DNA from: an uncultured bacterium | Lineage (GTDB): Bacteria; Verrucomicrobiota; Verrucomicrobiia; Limisphaerales; UBA8199 | Assembly (NCBI GenBank): GCA_963749495.1 | Contig: CAVVMW010000024.1 | Coordinates: 213,171-277,170, forward strand | Reading direction: 5' to 3' | Length of the DNA: 64,000 nt | Part shown: positions 21,208-32,540 of the stretch, in pieces | Position numbering within the stretch: the first letter of the stretch is position 1 | How the letters are laid out: each line of letters opens with the position of its first letter | The notes under the pieces: model-generated | What the model saw: the letters and a program-made list of their open reading frames with translations, nothing else | The model's database searches: none | What the model was told of the DNA's origin: nothing | Program-made: the position numbers and the translations under genes

Positions 21208-23271
21208 CTACCGCCCGCGGCTCGTCCAGAGCGGGATGCCGAGGAGCCGGACGCGGGTTGAAGGGCCGGTGCGTGAGACGCCGGTGCCCAGGACGTGCAG
21301 GGCGGCTTTATGGGGCGCGGTCGTGCTTCGGAATAGAAGGCCGCCGGGGAGGAAGCACATGGTCCGCTTGCCGTTCTTATCCGAGGTCCGGCTGGCGGCC
21401 AGTCCCCAAAGGAGAGTGGCGCGGGAGATGGAGACGGTGTTGGCGGGGGTTTGCGGCACGAGTGCGGAGAATTGGCTGCCGAGCACACCCCAGGGCAGCA
21501 GGGTGGTGCTGGCGACGCCACGGCGGGCCTCGGACTCGTGCCTGGCGGCCAACCCCCAGCCCAGCGACCATTTGTTGAGCGAGGCTGTCCGGCGCCATTT
21601 GCCCACGGTCCCCAGCAGGAGGCGGTCGGCGGCGCCAACGCTGTTGTGGTCGTGGCGCCAGAGCAAGCCCCAAAGCGAGCGTGTGACCGCGTAATCCCCG
21701 TCTATCCTGCGGGAGAGCAGCGGATTGAAGCGGAGGAGGGCAGGGTTGGCGGCGGCGCGCGCGGCGTCCTTGGGCGGTTCGGTGAAGGTGACGGCCCCGG
21801 CCAGGGCGGACACGGTTTGGAGCGCCTGGGGGTTGTCGGTCTCGATGAGGATGACCCGTTTGCCGCTGCGCCGAATGATGCCGGCGTGTCCATCGGGCCG
21901 GGCCCAAGCGGCGGCCGTGCCGGGTCCCGCAGACCTTGGTTCAAACTCAGGCGAGGGTCGAGGGTCGAGGGCCGAGTGTCGAGTGTCGAGTGGCGGCCGC
22001 ATTGGGTTCCCTCGACCCTCGGCACTCGACCCTCGACCCTGGGCCCTTGTGCGTTCCTCGAGGCAGGCCCGGGCAAACCGCTCGGCGGCAAACGGGGAGT
22101 CCCAGGCCGAGGCCCAGACCAGGAGCCTGTGCCCATCGGGGTCCGTGTAGAGCGCGGCCCGGTCCCCGTCCCATTGGGCGGCCACGCGCAGTCCGCGGTC
22201 CGGGCTCTTGAAGTGGCAGCCAAACAGTACCGCCATCCCGGCCTCGCCGAAGGTGTCCTGGGCCAGGCGCTTCCAATCGCCGGGCAGGGTCTCGGGCAGG
22301 CCGACCTGCACCGGGAAATCGCGCCATTCCCAACACTTCTCCGGGTGCATCACCTGTTCGGTGCTCACGGGCCGGTGCTCATAAATGTAGTCCAGCCCGT
22401 CCAGGCCCCAGTCGCGCAGCATCCTCCGGCAAAAGGAATAGCCGAACGAATAAGGCACCACCTCGGCCCGCGCGAGCGTCTCCGGCACGCCGGCCACTTC
22501 AATCTGGTCACTCTTCCAAATCTGCTTGAATGCGAAATCCAGAACCATTTCCCCAAGACCCGAGTGGATCAATTTCCAGGCGGCAATATAGGCGCCGGGT
22601 TGGGCGCGCTCGATTTCCATGGGAAAGGCCTCGACCATCAGGCGCGTGGCCGTGCCCTCGACCAGGAAACTGTGCGCGTCACCACGGTCGCTCGACCCCT
22701 GCTTGTCCGTGTCCCGTTCCTCGGGATCGTCCAGCGGCCAGTATTGGTCTTCGAGGGCATGGACGTATTCGTGGAGAAAAACAATGCTGGAATCGAGCCC
22801 GGAAAACCGCTCGAGCTTCTGCCGGAGCTTTTTCTCCGGCGGTTTGGCAGCGGGCTTGCGGGCCGGGGCCTGTGAGGTGGGAATGCGCATCTCCTTGGTG
22901 TCGCTGTCGTAGAGGCCCGCCACTTGGTCCACCATCAGGTTGGCGCAGGCCGCCTTGAGGTCGGTGCCCGGCGGCAGCAGGTCCAGCCAGACCATGAGTT
23001 CCTGGAACTCGGCCAGTTTCCGGCCCGGGTACTCCTTGGCAACCTCGCGGTCGATCAAGTCCCGCAACTCCTTTTCGGAAATCGTGCGCGCCGGCACGTC
23101 GTGAACGAACTTCTTGCCGCGCAGGATCTCAATCTCCTCGCGGATTTGGGCCATCTCGTTATCGCTCGGGATCTTGGCTTCCGCAACCGGCGGCGGCGGA
23201 GCGGCCGGTGCGGGCGCCGGCACCAAAACGGCCACCAGGGCCAGGAGCAGGATAGAATGGATGCCTTTCAT
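21208..23271 (-). CDS. Secreted putative zinc metallopeptidase
   Basis: Signal peptide, AGLYDSDTKEM, HEYVHALEDQ, VEGTAT, PVSTEQVMHPEK. Confidence 0.7.
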   Translation of the reverse strand: MKGIHSILLLALVAVLVPAPAPAAPPPPVAEAKIPSDNEMAQIREEIEILRGKKFVHDVPARTISEKELRDLIDREVAKEYPGRKLAEFQELMVWLDLLPPGTDLKAACANLMVDQVAGLYDSDTKEMRIPTSQAPARKPAAKPPEKKLRQKLERFSGLDSSIVFLHEYVHALEDQYWPLDDPEERDTDKQGSSDRGDAHSFLVEGTATRLMVEAFPMEIERAQPGAYIAAWKLIHSGLGEMVLDFAFKQIWKSDQIEVAGVPETLARAEVVPYSFGYSFCRRMLRDWGLDGLDYIYEHRPVSTEQVMHPEKCWEWRDFPVQVGLPETLPGDWKRLAQDTFGEAGMAVLFGCHFKSPDRGLRVAAQWDGDRAALYTDPDGHRLLVWASAWDSPFAAERFARACLEERTRAQGRGSSAEGRGNPMRPPLDTRHSALDPRPSPEFEPRSAGPGTAAAWARPDGHAGIIRRSGKRVILIETDNPQALQTVSALAGAVTFTEPPKDAARAAANPALLRFNPLLSRRIDGDYAVTRSLWGLLWRHDHNSVGAADRLLLGTVGKWRRTASLNKWSLGWGLAARHESEARRGVASTTLLPWGVLGSQFSALVPQTPANTVSISRATLLWGLAASRTSDKNGKRTMCFLPGGLLFRSTTAPHKAALHVLGTGVSRTGPSTRVRLLGIPLWTSRGR

Positions 23272-23384
23272 CACTGGATTCCAGTCACTGCGAATCTTGG
23301 GGCCACCTCGAACCACCGGTCAAGGCAAGATGAAATACAAGGGACAAAAGGGACGAAAGGGACGAAAGGGACGCCAAACCAGGG

Positions 23385-23713
23385 GAAGGCGCAGACGGAG
23401 GGCCGGGAAGACCCCTCACCCCGGCCCTCTCGGTCCACGGTCCGGTGCGTCCGAGTCATCGCGCGTCGCGTAGCGACGCAGTGAAGGTGGACCTCGGTCC
23501 ACGGTTCAGGGCGGCGGAATGGTCACGCGTTGCGTAGCGACGCCTGACAGCTTCGCGGTTTTCAGGCGTCGCTACGCGACGCGGTTGAGCTTGGGCCATG
23601 GGTCCGTGGACTGGAAGTCCACGGCTACCATCGGGCACCGCTACGCGGTGAGCCGGGGCTGCGGAGAATTCTCCCTCTCCCCTTCCGAAGGGGAGAGGGC
23701 CGGGGTGAGGGGT
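23385..23713. repeat. Composite repeat: family-A REP nested within CCCTCTCCC/GGGAGAGGG (family F) arms
   Basis: CCCCTCACCCCGGCCCTCTC...GGGAGAGGGCCGGGGTGAGGGG brackets a reversed family-A unit. Confidence 0.8.
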
Positions 23714-23807
23714 CTGCCCCCCGTGCCGCTCCCGCCTTCACGGAGGCCTTGCCACTGCCGTCTTTCTTCGCCTGTGCATCCCGGGCCTTTCGTTGTACTC
23801 TGCGCCC

Positions 23808-24590
23808 GTGCAATGGATCACGCTCACCACGGATTTCGGCACGGCAGACTGGTTTGTCGGCGCGATGAAGGGCGTCGTTGCGGGCATCGCGCCCAAGACC
23901 GTCGTGCTGGACCTGACCCACGAGGTTCCGGCCGGAGACATTCGCGCCGGGGCTTTTGCGCTTTGGGCCGCGTGCCGGTTTTTTCCCAGAGGCACCGTCC
24001 ACCTGGCCGTGATCGATCCTGGCGTGGGCAGCGCCCGCAAGGCCATAGCTGTGCAGACCGCCGGCTCTTGGTTCGTCGGCCCCGACAACGGCGTGCTCTC
24101 CTGGGCGCTGGCCCGGGAGAGGGTCTTGAGCGTCCACGCCCTGGAAAACCGGGCCTACTCTCTGCAACCGATCAGCCGGACCTTCCACGGGCGCGACCTC
24201 TTCGCCCCGGCGGCCGCGCATTTGAGCCGCGGGCTCGCCATCCGCAAGCTCGGCCCCGCCTTGAAGGATTACACGCGCCTGCCCTGGCCGGAGCCGCGCC
24301 CGGCCGCAGATGGAGTCGAAGGTGAGGTGGTCTATATCGACCGCTTTGGCAACGCGATCACGAACCTCGACCTGGCCATGCTGCGGGGCCTGGGCCAAGG
24401 GCCGGTGGAGGTCTGGCTGGGGCGCAAACGGCTCTGCCCTGTGGCGGACCACTACCAGGCGGTGCCGCCCGGCCGCCCGGTGGCGGTGCCCGGCTCCAGC
24501 GGCCTCCTTGAAATCGCCCTCAACGGCGCCAGCGCCGCCCGCCGCTACCGCCTCCAAATCGGGCGCAGACTGCGGGTTGCTCGCAGGTGA
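23808..24590 (+). CDS. SAM hydroxide adenosyltransferase (DUF62; chlorinase/fluorinase-like)
   Basis: ITLTTDFG, VIDPGVGSAR, VGPDNG, SRTFHGRDLF, IDRFGNAITN. Confidence 0.92.
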   Translation: MQWITLTTDFGTADWFVGAMKGVVAGIAPKTVVLDLTHEVPAGDIRAGAFALWAACRFFPRGTVHLAVIDPGVGSARKAIAVQTAGSWFVGPDNGVLSWALARERVLSVHALENRAYSLQPISRTFHGRDLFAPAAAHLSRGLAIRKLGPALKDYTRLPWPEPRPAADGVEGEVVYIDRFGNAITNLDLAMLRGLGQGPVEVWLGRKRLCPVADHYQAVPPGRPVAVPGSSGLLEIALNGASAARRYRLQIGRRLRVARR

Positions 24591-24654
24591 AACGTGAAGG
24601 GTGAGAGCGCGCGACAGAATTCTTCGGCTGCGCGATGGAACCGGCGGTGCGTGC

Positions 24655-24892
24655 TCGGGACGCCAAAGGCGCCGCGCATACCAGCCCAGGGCAACGCCCC
24701 TGGGAACAGCCGCCAAGAATCATCTGAGCGCTGAAAGCGCGATTCATCCTGGGTCCTGCCCTGTGCCGCTGATGAGGCAGGCCGTTGGCCTGCGACAGAG
24801 AATGTGCGGTGGACCCAGGGGGCTGGCCCGCCTGCGCTGCGCTCCGGCGGGCCTTGCCCTGGGCTGGTATGAATCAGGCCTTCGGCCTGAAC
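24655..24892. repeat. REPIN-like inverted element, family D
   Basis: ATACCAGCCCAGGGCAA...TTGCCCTGGGCTGGTAT arms. Confidence 0.75.
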
Positions 24893-25050
24893 GCCAGCGT
24901 GCCAACCCCACATCCGGCATCATGGAGAGGACCAGGCGGTGCATATAGGGGCCTCAAATATGAAAGCTCCCGAAATCCTGGCAAATCACAGGGTTTGGAG
25001 AACTTCGTCATGCGGCCGAAACGTGAAACTCTGGCACCTCCGCTTTGCAC

Positions 25051-27579
25051 TTACTTCTGCGGCTTGGGTGTCGAGCCGGATTGGGCGGCGAGGCAGGCCT
25101 CCAGGAAATGGCGGGTACACTGGAATTCGGCATGGAGGTCGCGGGCCAGCGCGGCGGCGCCTTCGAGCTTGCCTTGGGCGGCCTGGTGTTCGAGTTGGCG
25201 CAGGAGCGGTCCGAGGCGGCGCATGCCGCAGGTGGAGCTGGCCCCGGCGCAACTGTGGGCCAGGCGCCGGACCTCGGCGGGTTTGGCGGCCTGGACGGCG
25301 GCATCGAGTTCGGAGAGTTGCGCGTCGCTTTGGTTCAGGTAAAGGCAGATCAACTCGCGCAGGCCCTCGGGCGTGCCGTCGGTGATGCTGAGCAGACGGT
25401 CCATGTCGACGGGCGCCTCGGCGGGAGGCGGCGGGGCCTGTGCCGCCGGAGGTTGGGGTTGGCCTGGGGCCTGCGCCGGCGGCGGGCCGGCGGCGGGAGG
25501 CGGCGGGGGCGAATCGGCGCGCACGGCCGCGGCGCCCCAACGCTCGACGATGGCCTGCACGTCCTCGAGCCGGACCGGTTTGGCGATGTAATCGTCCATG
25601 CCGGCCGCCAGGCATTTCTCGCGGTCGCCGCGCATGGCGCTGGCGGTCATGGCCACGATGAGGATAGGGGACTTGTAATTGGGAAACCGCTCTGGCTGGC
25701 GCTGGCGCTCGCGGATGAGGCGCGTGGCCTCCAGGCCGCTCATCTCGGGCATCATCACGTCCATGAAAATCAGGTCGTAAGGCTGGCGCTCCAGGGCGGC
25801 GAGGGCCTCCAGCCCGTTGGCGGCGAGGCCGGCGCGGTAGCCCATCTGCAGGAGCAGGCGCAAGGCGACCTTCTGGTTGATGATGTTGTCATCGCACAGC
25901 AGGATGCGCAAGGGCAGGCGCGCGGCCAGAGTGGGGTCGAGTTTGGCGGCGGCGGGGGCCTGGCAGGCGCAGGGTTTGGAGCCCGAGACGGCGCGGAGCA
26001 GCACCTCGCAGAGCTGGGCCGGTTTGATCGGCTTGGTGATGCAACCGGCAAAGGCAACGCGGGCGAGATCCGGGCGGTCAGCGCGGACGCGCATCGAGGT
26101 GAGCAGGACCAGCGGGAGCGCGGCGGCCGCGGGCAGCTTGCGGATCTCGCCGGCGAGCATGACGCCGTCCATCGAAGGCATCTGCATGTCGAGGATGGCC
26201 AGGTCGAAGGTCTGGCCGGCCCGCAGCCACTCGAGGGCCTGCGCCGCGCTCTGGGTCTGGCTGGGAACCATGCCCCATTTGGCCGTCTGCAGGCTCAGGA
26301 TGCGGCAGTGGGTCGGGTTGTCGTCGACGATCAACAGCCGCAGTTTGGCCAGTTGCGGCTGCGGCTCCTCGAAGGCAGGGCGCGAGGTTTGGGCCACCGC
26401 GCACAGCGGCAGCGTGAAATGAAAGGTCGAGCCCGTCTGCGGGACGCTCTCGACCCACATCTTGCCGCCCATCAGCTCGACCAGCCGCTTGCTGATGGCC
26501 AGGCCAAGGCCCGTGCCGCCATACTGGCGCGTCGTCGAGGCATCCGCCTGGTTGAACGATTGGAAGAGGCGCGACATCCGCTCCGCCGCAATCCCGATCC
26601 CGGTGTCCCGCACCGAGAAGTGCAAGAGCCAGAAACCCGCGTCATCGCCCTCCGGCTCGGGCGGCGAGAGGGTCCTGACCTGCACGACCACTTCGCCGCC
26701 GGCCGTGAACTTCACCCCGTTGCTCACCAGGTTCACCAGCACCTGGCGCAATCGCGTCACGTCCCCCACCACCTCAACCGGCGCCCCGTCCTCCATCCGG
26801 TAGGCCAAATCCAGGTCCTTCTCAGCCGCCTTGGACGCCAGCAGATCCAGGGCGTCCTCGACGCAGCCGCGCAGGTCGAACGGGTGGTTCTCGAGGTCGA
26901 GTTTGCCCGATTCGATCTTCGAAAAATCCAGGATGTCGTTGATGATGGTCAGCAACGACTCGCCGCTGGAGTAGATGGTCTCCACGCAGCCTTGCTGCTC
27001 CGGGGCCAGGGGCGTCTCCAGGAGCAGGCCGGCCATGGCGATGATCCCGTTCATGGGGGTGCGGATTTCGTGGCTCATGTTGGCCAGGAACTCCGCCTTT
27101 GCGCGGGCGGCGGCCTCGGCCGCCACGCGGGCCGAGAGCAGGTCCCGGTTGGTCTGCGTCAGTTCATCCTGCAGGTGCTTGGCGCGCAGGGCGGCGCACA
27201 GCCGCGCCCGCAGCTCCGCCGACTCGAACGGCTTGGTCAGGTAATCGACCGCCCCCAACTCGAAACCCCGCAGCTTGTCGCTGGTGCTGTTCCAGGCCGT
27301 CAGCACAATCACCGGGATGGACTCGGTTGACGGCGCCGCCTTGAGCTGCCGCAGCAACTCGAAGCCGTTCATCCCCGGCAACCCCAGGTCCAGCAGAATC
27401 AAGTCCACCGCCGATTCGCCGATGCGCTGGAGAGCCGCCGGGGCGTTGCCCGCGCTCCAAAGCGTGATCTGGTCCTCCTGCAACAGCGCGCCCAGCAGCT
27501 CCGACATGCGCGGGTCATCCTCGACCAGCAGGACGTGGGAAGGCGGCACTTTCATAATCTGGCGATACTGCAAGTACAT
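25051..27579 (-). CDS. Hybrid sensor histidine kinase (REC-HisKA-HATPase-REC-REC-HPt)
   Basis: [22 protein letters not shown], three receiver domains, C-terminal LAHSCAGAS HPt. Confidence 0.95.
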   Translation of the reverse strand: MYLQYRQIMKVPPSHVLLVEDDPRMSELLGALLQEDQITLWSAGNAPAALQRIGESAVDLILLDLGLPGMNGFELLRQLKAAPSTESIPVIVLTAWNSTSDKLRGFELGAVDYLTKPFESAELRARLCAALRAKHLQDELTQTNRDLLSARVAAEAAARAKAEFLANMSHEIRTPMNGIIAMAGLLLETPLAPEQQGCVETIYSSGESLLTIINDILDFSKIESGKLDLENHPFDLRGCVEDALDLLASKAAEKDLDLAYRMEDGAPVEVVGDVTRLRQVLVNLVSNGVKFTAGGEVVVQVRTLSPPEPEGDDAGFWLLHFSVRDTGIGIAAERMSRLFQSFNQADASTTRQYGGTGLGLAISKRLVELMGGKMWVESVPQTGSTFHFTLPLCAVAQTSRPAFEEPQPQLAKLRLLIVDDNPTHCRILSLQTAKWGMVPSQTQSAAQALEWLRAGQTFDLAILDMQMPSMDGVMLAGEIRKLPAAAALPLVLLTSMRVRADRPDLARVAFAGCITKPIKPAQLCEVLLRAVSGSKPCACQAPAAAKLDPTLAARLPLRILLCDDNIINQKVALRLLLQMGYRAGLAANGLEALAALERQPYDLIFMDVMMPEMSGLEATRLIRERQRQPERFPNYKSPILIVAMTASAMRGDREKCLAAGMDDYIAKPVRLEDVQAIVERWGAAAVRADSPPPPPAAGPPPAQAPGQPQPPAAQAPPPPAEAPVDMDRLLSITDGTPEGLRELICLYLNQSDAQLSELDAAVQAAKPAEVRRLAHSCAGASSTCGMRRLGPLLRQLEHQAAQGKLEGAAALARDLHAEFQCTRHFLEACLAAQSGSTPKPQK

Positions 27580-27707
27580 CGGCCGAATTGCGGGCCGGCC
27601 TTAGCCCTATTCAACACAATTCCTCTCGCCAAAGCCAACCGCTTTTTTTGAGCGGGGCACGGCGGGCGCATCCGACACCGCCCCCATTTGGCGGGGCACA
27701 GCCGTTT

Positions 27708-27824
27708 GTAGCGCAGGTTTCCAAACCTGCTGTATCGCCGACTTCCAGTCGGCAGGGCGCCGGAAATCGCGGCGCCTGCGGGTTAGGAAACCCGCGGTAC
27801 AGCAGACTTGGAAGTCTGCGCTAC
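27708..27824. repeat. GTAG-type REPIN, family E (second copy)
   Basis: Reverse-oriented homolog of 16814-16949. Confidence 0.85.
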
Positions 27825-27966
27825 GGGCCAGTGCGGACCGCCTGTAACTTATGCCGCCTGGTGTTCGTCTTGCTCTACGGGCTCTGCTGGGGCTTGCCGA
27901 TGCTGGCGCGTCCTGGCAGAAAGCGCCTAATAAAGCTCAACCAGTAACAACAAAGTAAGATCACCT

Positions 27967-28420
27967 ATGCAACGCAGACAACACTCCATGATTCCTTTGC
28001 TCCACACCGGCCTTTGCGCCCTGATGCTCGTGGGCGCCGTGGCCGTCAACGCCGCCGAAGAAAAAGAAGGTTGACCCCACCGGCACCTGGATTTGGACCG
28101 TCCCCGGCCGCCAGGGCGGGGCCGAGCGCAAGGCGACGCTCAAGATCAAAGTCGAGGGCAGCAAAATCACGGCCAAGCTGATCACCCCCGCGCGCGGCGA
28201 CCAGACGGCCGAGACCGAGATCAAGGACGCCAAGATGAAGGGCGACGAGATCACCTTTTCCGTAAGCCTCACGCGCGCCGGCGTCGAGCGGGTGACCAAG
28301 TACACGGGCAAGATCTCCGGCGATACGATCAAGGGCAAGGTTGTCACCGAAACCGACGGCAAGGCCGGGCGCGAGCGCGACTGGGAAGCCAAGATTGAGA
28401 AGCCGCAAGCCGCCAAGTGA
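27967..28420 (+). CDS. Small secreted beta-rich protein, frameshift in an A-run near 28062
   Basis: Signal peptide followed by VDPTGTWIW...GDEITFSV...YTGKISGDTIKGK; removing one A restores the frame. Confidence 0.7.
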
Positions 28421-29426
28421 ACTGCATTGCCTCGGACCTGCCCGCCGCCGCGTGAGCGCCAGGCGGGGCTGGCTCGCCGCCCAACGCCGGAGTCAGATGC
28501 CGGCCTGGGCGGCCCTTCTTTTGGCGGGAACTCGGAGCATTGCGCTGCGCCTCCAATGGCCAACGCACCAAGAGAAAGGCGCACCAACGGGGTGCCTTCA
28601 TTCGCTTATTTCTTCGCGTTTTCGCACTTTTGGCCAGCGCAAGTCATTGGTATTTACACTATTACCCTTGACGGCTGCCGTCAAGTCGTTCAGCGCGTTA
28701 GGGATATTGCCCATTTGAAACGTGTTAGGAATTGCTAGGAATCAGCGGACGGGCTGGCAGTCCCGGAACACCATTCTGAAGAAGGGCACGCCAAAGCCTG
28801 CTCAGTCTCCTGTCTTGGCCAATCGCATTTTCGCCAAGTTGGTCGCTCAGAGGACGCGCCGGGAGCGCCGTGGCCGAGCCTTGGGGCACCCGGAAACCCG
28901 AGGGGCCTCCAGCAAAGAGCCGCCAACCCCGTCCGGGATCGAGCCTTGTCCGGCAACTCCGCCCTACGCGCCTATTCCGCAGCGAGATGGTCCACGGACC
29001 CGACCGGGGCCGGGTATAGGGCGTCGCCATGCGTGGTTTCCACCTGGCTTGCCCTTGGTCCCCATCCTCTCGATGAAACCGCCAGCTCAAGTGGCGGTCC
29101 CAGCCCGCCGATACACCGATTGGGGCGTCCCTGAAAAAGGCTCGCTGGCGAACGAGATTTCGTTTACGATTCTGACCAGCAGTAAGCAACCATGATGAAG
29201 TAGCAGCAACGTTTACATTTTAGCGTAGCTTCGGCTACGGCCTCATCAGAAAACCGAGAATTTTCAGTGCGGAGGCCAAGCCGCTTGAGCACGCGCCCAA
29301 TCGGGCGCGGCTTGGCGTGTCCTTCCGCACGGGCGCTTCTCGGTGCCTCTGATGGGGGGTGCGTTGGGTTCGCGCCCCTTTCGTTTTGGCCGTGGTTCGT
29401 TGGCCTCGCCATGAAAAACACGAACC

Positions 29427-31445
29427 ATGAAAAACCACTTTCCCCTCCACCATGCCCTGCTGCTCACCGTCCTGGCCGTCAGCCCCCTTCGGGCCGACAC
29501 CTTCACCGTCACCCGGCTAAACAACACCGGCCCCGGTTCCCTGCCCGTGGTCATTAGCCAGGCCAACGCGACGCCGGGGAACCAGACGATTGAATTTGCC
29601 GTCAGCGGGACCATCACCCTGGTCGCGCCGCTCGTCACGATCACCAACAGCCTGACGATCAACGGGCGTGTTGGCAGCCCGGTGGTCATCAGCGGCGGCG
29701 GGACCACCCCGGTTTTCACCTTCGCGGCGGGGACCACAAACATCCTCAACCAACTCACCATCGCCAACGGCATCACCAGCGGCAGCGGGGCGGCGGTCAA
29801 TAACGCTGGAACCCTTCTCGTGAGCGGTTGCCTTTTCACCAACTGCCAAGCGCCAAACGGCCCGGGCGGGGCCATCGGCAACGGCGGGACGATGACGATT
29901 GCGGCTTCGACTTTCTCGGGCAATCAAGCCGCCGCAGGTGGGGCGATCTACAACTCAGGCGGCATGGCCGTTGCGGATTCTCAACTGCTGACCAACCAGG
30001 CGGGCAGCGGCGGAGCGATCTCCAGTTCAGGCAGCATGACCGTTTCTGATTCCCAACTCCTGGGCAATCAGGCGGGCAGCGGCGGCGCGATCTACAACAC
30101 CGGGCAAGCCCGAATTGAGCGGAGCAGGCTTTCTGAGAACACCACGATGGAGGGATATGGCGGGGCGGTGTTCAACAGCGGACAGTTCACGGCGTCATCC
30201 TCGACTTGGAGTCACAACCGAGCGCAGGGAGTATCGGGCACCGTTGGCGGGGATGCCGGAGAGAACTGCGGCGGGGGCGGGGGCGGCGGTGGTTCGGGGG
30301 CGTTCGGGGGCGCGATCTACGTGGATAGCGGGTCGCTAATGTTGACCAACTGCACGATCAGCGAGAACGCAAGCCAAGGCGGTCAAGGAGGAAACGGGGG
30401 AGCCATCAATATCTCCTGGCTCTCAGCATGGATGGGCGGGAACGGTGGAAGCGGCGGCGGAGGCGGAGGAAGCGGCGGTAGCGGCGCATCAACGATTTTG
30501 CCTAACGAGTATTACGCCACGCCGGGCGGCGGAGGGGCTTTTGGCGCTGGTGGGGGAGGGGGCGGAGCTGGAGCCGAATACGATGCGGGTGGTGCGCCGT
30601 TGCCGTCCCTTTATCCCTACGGAAAGGCCGGTGGAGCCGGAGGTTTCGGAGCTGGTTATGGTGGATACGGAGGGAGGGCGACCAATAGCCTTATCGGCGC
30701 GGCTACAATGGGCTATGGGGGGGAAGGTGGAAGCGGCCTCGGCGGCGGCATCTTCTGCCGGAGCGGCTCAGTCGCCATCGTCAGCTCGACCATTTGCCAG
30801 AACGACGCGTCGGGAGGCAACGGGGGTGTCCTTGGAGGTTGGGCAAGCGGGATTCAGCAAGGATTGAATGGAACAGGTGTAGCTGGGGGCATTTACAACT
30901 ACGGGGCAACGGTTTTCCTGCTGAACACGATCATCGCCAACAACAGCACGCCGTCCACCAACACGGACCTTTCCGGGGCCTTCGTGTCGAGCGGATATGA
31001 TCTGATCGGCAATAGCCAGGGTGCAACCGGCCTGAGCATCAACGATTACCAAGACGTTCCCGCCGACCTCGGCCCGTTGCAGGACAATGGCGGTCCCACG
31101 CTCACCTGCGCTTTGCTCCAGGGCAGCTTGGCCATCGGCGGCGGCACCAGCGTCGGCGCACCCGCTACCGATCAGCGCGGCGTGCTGCGCCCGCAAGGCA
31201 GCAACTTCGACATCGGCGCGGTGGAGTTTGTGTCCGTCCCTGTGATCGCCGCCCCTCTGAGCGAACACGGTGCTGGCTACCTTCTGAGCACAATTCTCGA
31301 CACCACCAATGCCTATCAGATTCAGGGATCGACGAACTTGGCGGCTTGGATTGAGCTGACGAATTGCCCCAGTGGCGGTTCACTCCGCGTGCTCGACGCC
31401 GCGACCAACTTCGACCGGCGTTTTTACAGGGCCGTGATTCCATGA
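29427..31445 (+). CDS. Secreted glycine-rich beta-helix protein with choice-of-anchor Q-like C-terminus
   Basis: GGAIYN repeats, LGPLQDNGGPTLT..DQRG..DIGAVE, C-terminal STNL..W..RFYRA. Confidence 0.8.
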   Translation: MKNHFPLHHALLLTVLAVSPLRADTFTVTRLNNTGPGSLPVVISQANATPGNQTIEFAVSGTITLVAPLVTITNSLTINGRVGSPVVISGGGTTPVFTFAAGTTNILNQLTIANGITSGSGAAVNNAGTLLVSGCLFTNCQAPNGPGGAIGNGGTMTIAASTFSGNQAAAGGAIYNSGGMAVADSQLLTNQAGSGGAISSSGSMTVSDSQLLGNQAGSGGAIYNTGQARIERSRLSENTTMEGYGGAVFNSGQFTASSSTWSHNRAQGVSGTVGGDAGENCGGGGGGGGSGAFGGAIYVDSGSLMLTNCTISENASQGGQGGNGGAINISWLSAWMGGNGGSGGGGGGSGGSGASTILPNEYYATPGGGGAFGAGGGGGGAGAEYDAGGAPLPSLYPYGKAGGAGGFGAGYGGYGGRATNSLIGAATMGYGGEGGSGLGGGIFCRSGSVAIVSSTICQNDASGGNGGVLGGWASGIQQGLNGTGVAGGIYNYGATVFLLNTIIANNSTPSTNTDLSGAFVSSGYDLIGNSQGATGLSINDYQDVPADLGPLQDNGGPTLTCALLQGSLAIGGGTSVGAPATDQRGVLRPQGSNFDIGAVEFVSVPVIAAPLSEHGAGYLLSTILDTTNAYQIQGSTNLAAWIELTNCPSGGSLRVLDAATNFDRRFYRAVIP

Positions 31446-31500
31446 TCGAGACCACGAACCAGGAAAGCAATGGGTCAGGTGAACTAAGAAAGGGCCAAAT

Positions 31501-32136
31501 ATGAACGACGACAACGTTGACATGAACGACCTTGATCCTCCCGAACCCCAGGAAGTCCGGGAGGTCCGCACCATCGGCTGGATCGAAACCCTGCGCCGGA
31601 AGCGAGTGTGCCTTTTTCCCGGAGCCGACATCTCTCCCCTCGGCGCTCATTATACCGATTTTGTTTCCTGCCTGCCTTACCTTGGCGACTGCAACGCGCT
31701 CATCTTCTGCGAGCCACACGACAGCAAGGAGGCGGTGAGAGCGTGCATCAACAAATACGCCGGTAGGTCCCGTGACGAGAATGGTCATGCAATCAACGAT
31801 GTTGCGCTCCACGACGTTGCCTTCAACGGTGTGAAGTTCAACTGCGGAGCGAGCGTGGGGATAGAAAACGACCTCATAGAACAGGACGAACTTTGCTTCC
31901 CGACCCAGCAGGAGAACCTGCTGGTCTGGCGACCCCAGGCCAATGCAGATCCTCAATCCATGCGACCACCCGACTCCAGGTTCTGGGCGCATTATGCAAT
32001 CCTGGAACTCAAGGAGCGGCACGAGAAGATTCACCTGCTCCATCTTGGGCTGCGCGGCGACCACGCTTGGCTTTATTTCATTCAGCCGCTGGGGATTCGT
32101 GTTGCCCGGCTGATCTCCCACGCCTCCTACCGGTAG
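31501..32136 (+). CDS. Hypothetical protein
   Basis: Clean 211-aa ORF with a purine-rich leader. Confidence 0.55.
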   Translation: MNDDNVDMNDLDPPEPQEVREVRTIGWIETLRRKRVCLFPGADISPLGAHYTDFVSCLPYLGDCNALIFCEPHDSKEAVRACINKYAGRSRDENGHAINDVALHDVAFNGVKFNCGASVGIENDLIEQDELCFPTQQENLLVWRPQANADPQSMRPPDSRFWAHYAILELKERHEKIHLLHLGLRGDHAWLYFIQPLGIRVARLISHASYR

Positions 32137-32173
32137 CCCCCTGGCGAATGAATCCACAATCGGAGGCCGGTCT

Positions 32174-32428
32174 ATGGCGTTAATCAAATGCTCCAGATGC
32201 GGGCGGGAGATGCCCTCCCAGGCCCTGGTCTGCCCGCATTGTGGTTGTGCTCTGGTCGCAACACCACCGGAACCAGCGCCGCCATTTGAACCAGAACCGG
32301 CACCCAAATCACCTGCGCAAGATGATGCATCGCCGGTAGCGGAGGGTGCGCAACAAGCGACCGCACCGCCTGCGGTAAACATGATCGTCGCTGACCCGCC
32401 TTATGGCGACGGAGACCAAGAGCCGTGA
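32174..32428 (+). CDS. Small zinc-ribbon protein
   Basis: MALIKCSRCG..CPHCG, GGAGG RBS. Confidence 0.65.
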   Translation: MALIKCSRCGREMPSQALVCPHCGCALVATPPEPAPPFEPEPAPKSPAQDDASPVAEGAQQATAPPAVNMIVADPPYGDGDQEP

Positions 32429-32540
32429 GGACAAGCGGTCCCGTCGACCTCGGCCTTGACCGCCGCCTGGCTGGTCGAGCAGGTCGGACAATAGGGCACC
32501 GGCCAGACCGGCGCGGTCTGGCGCAAAATGGGAGCGTAGT

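Noticed and set aside
23808..24590. True fluorinase or chlorinase
   Set aside because: The Asp/Arg/His pattern and housekeeping context fit the common DUF62 SAM hydrolase
25045..27330. 761-aa plus-strand ORF and other long antisense ORFs
   Set aside because: Shadow frames of real high-GC genes on the opposite strand, with no recognisable motifs
28050..28075. Programmed frameshift or phase variation (also at 60747)
   Set aside because: Single-base indels in short homopolymers are more simply explained by sequencing error; reads are needed to decide
28725..29189. Decayed integrase at the island boundary
   Set aside because: Only a vague N-terminal resemblance (MATPYTRPRSGPW); no catalytic motifs
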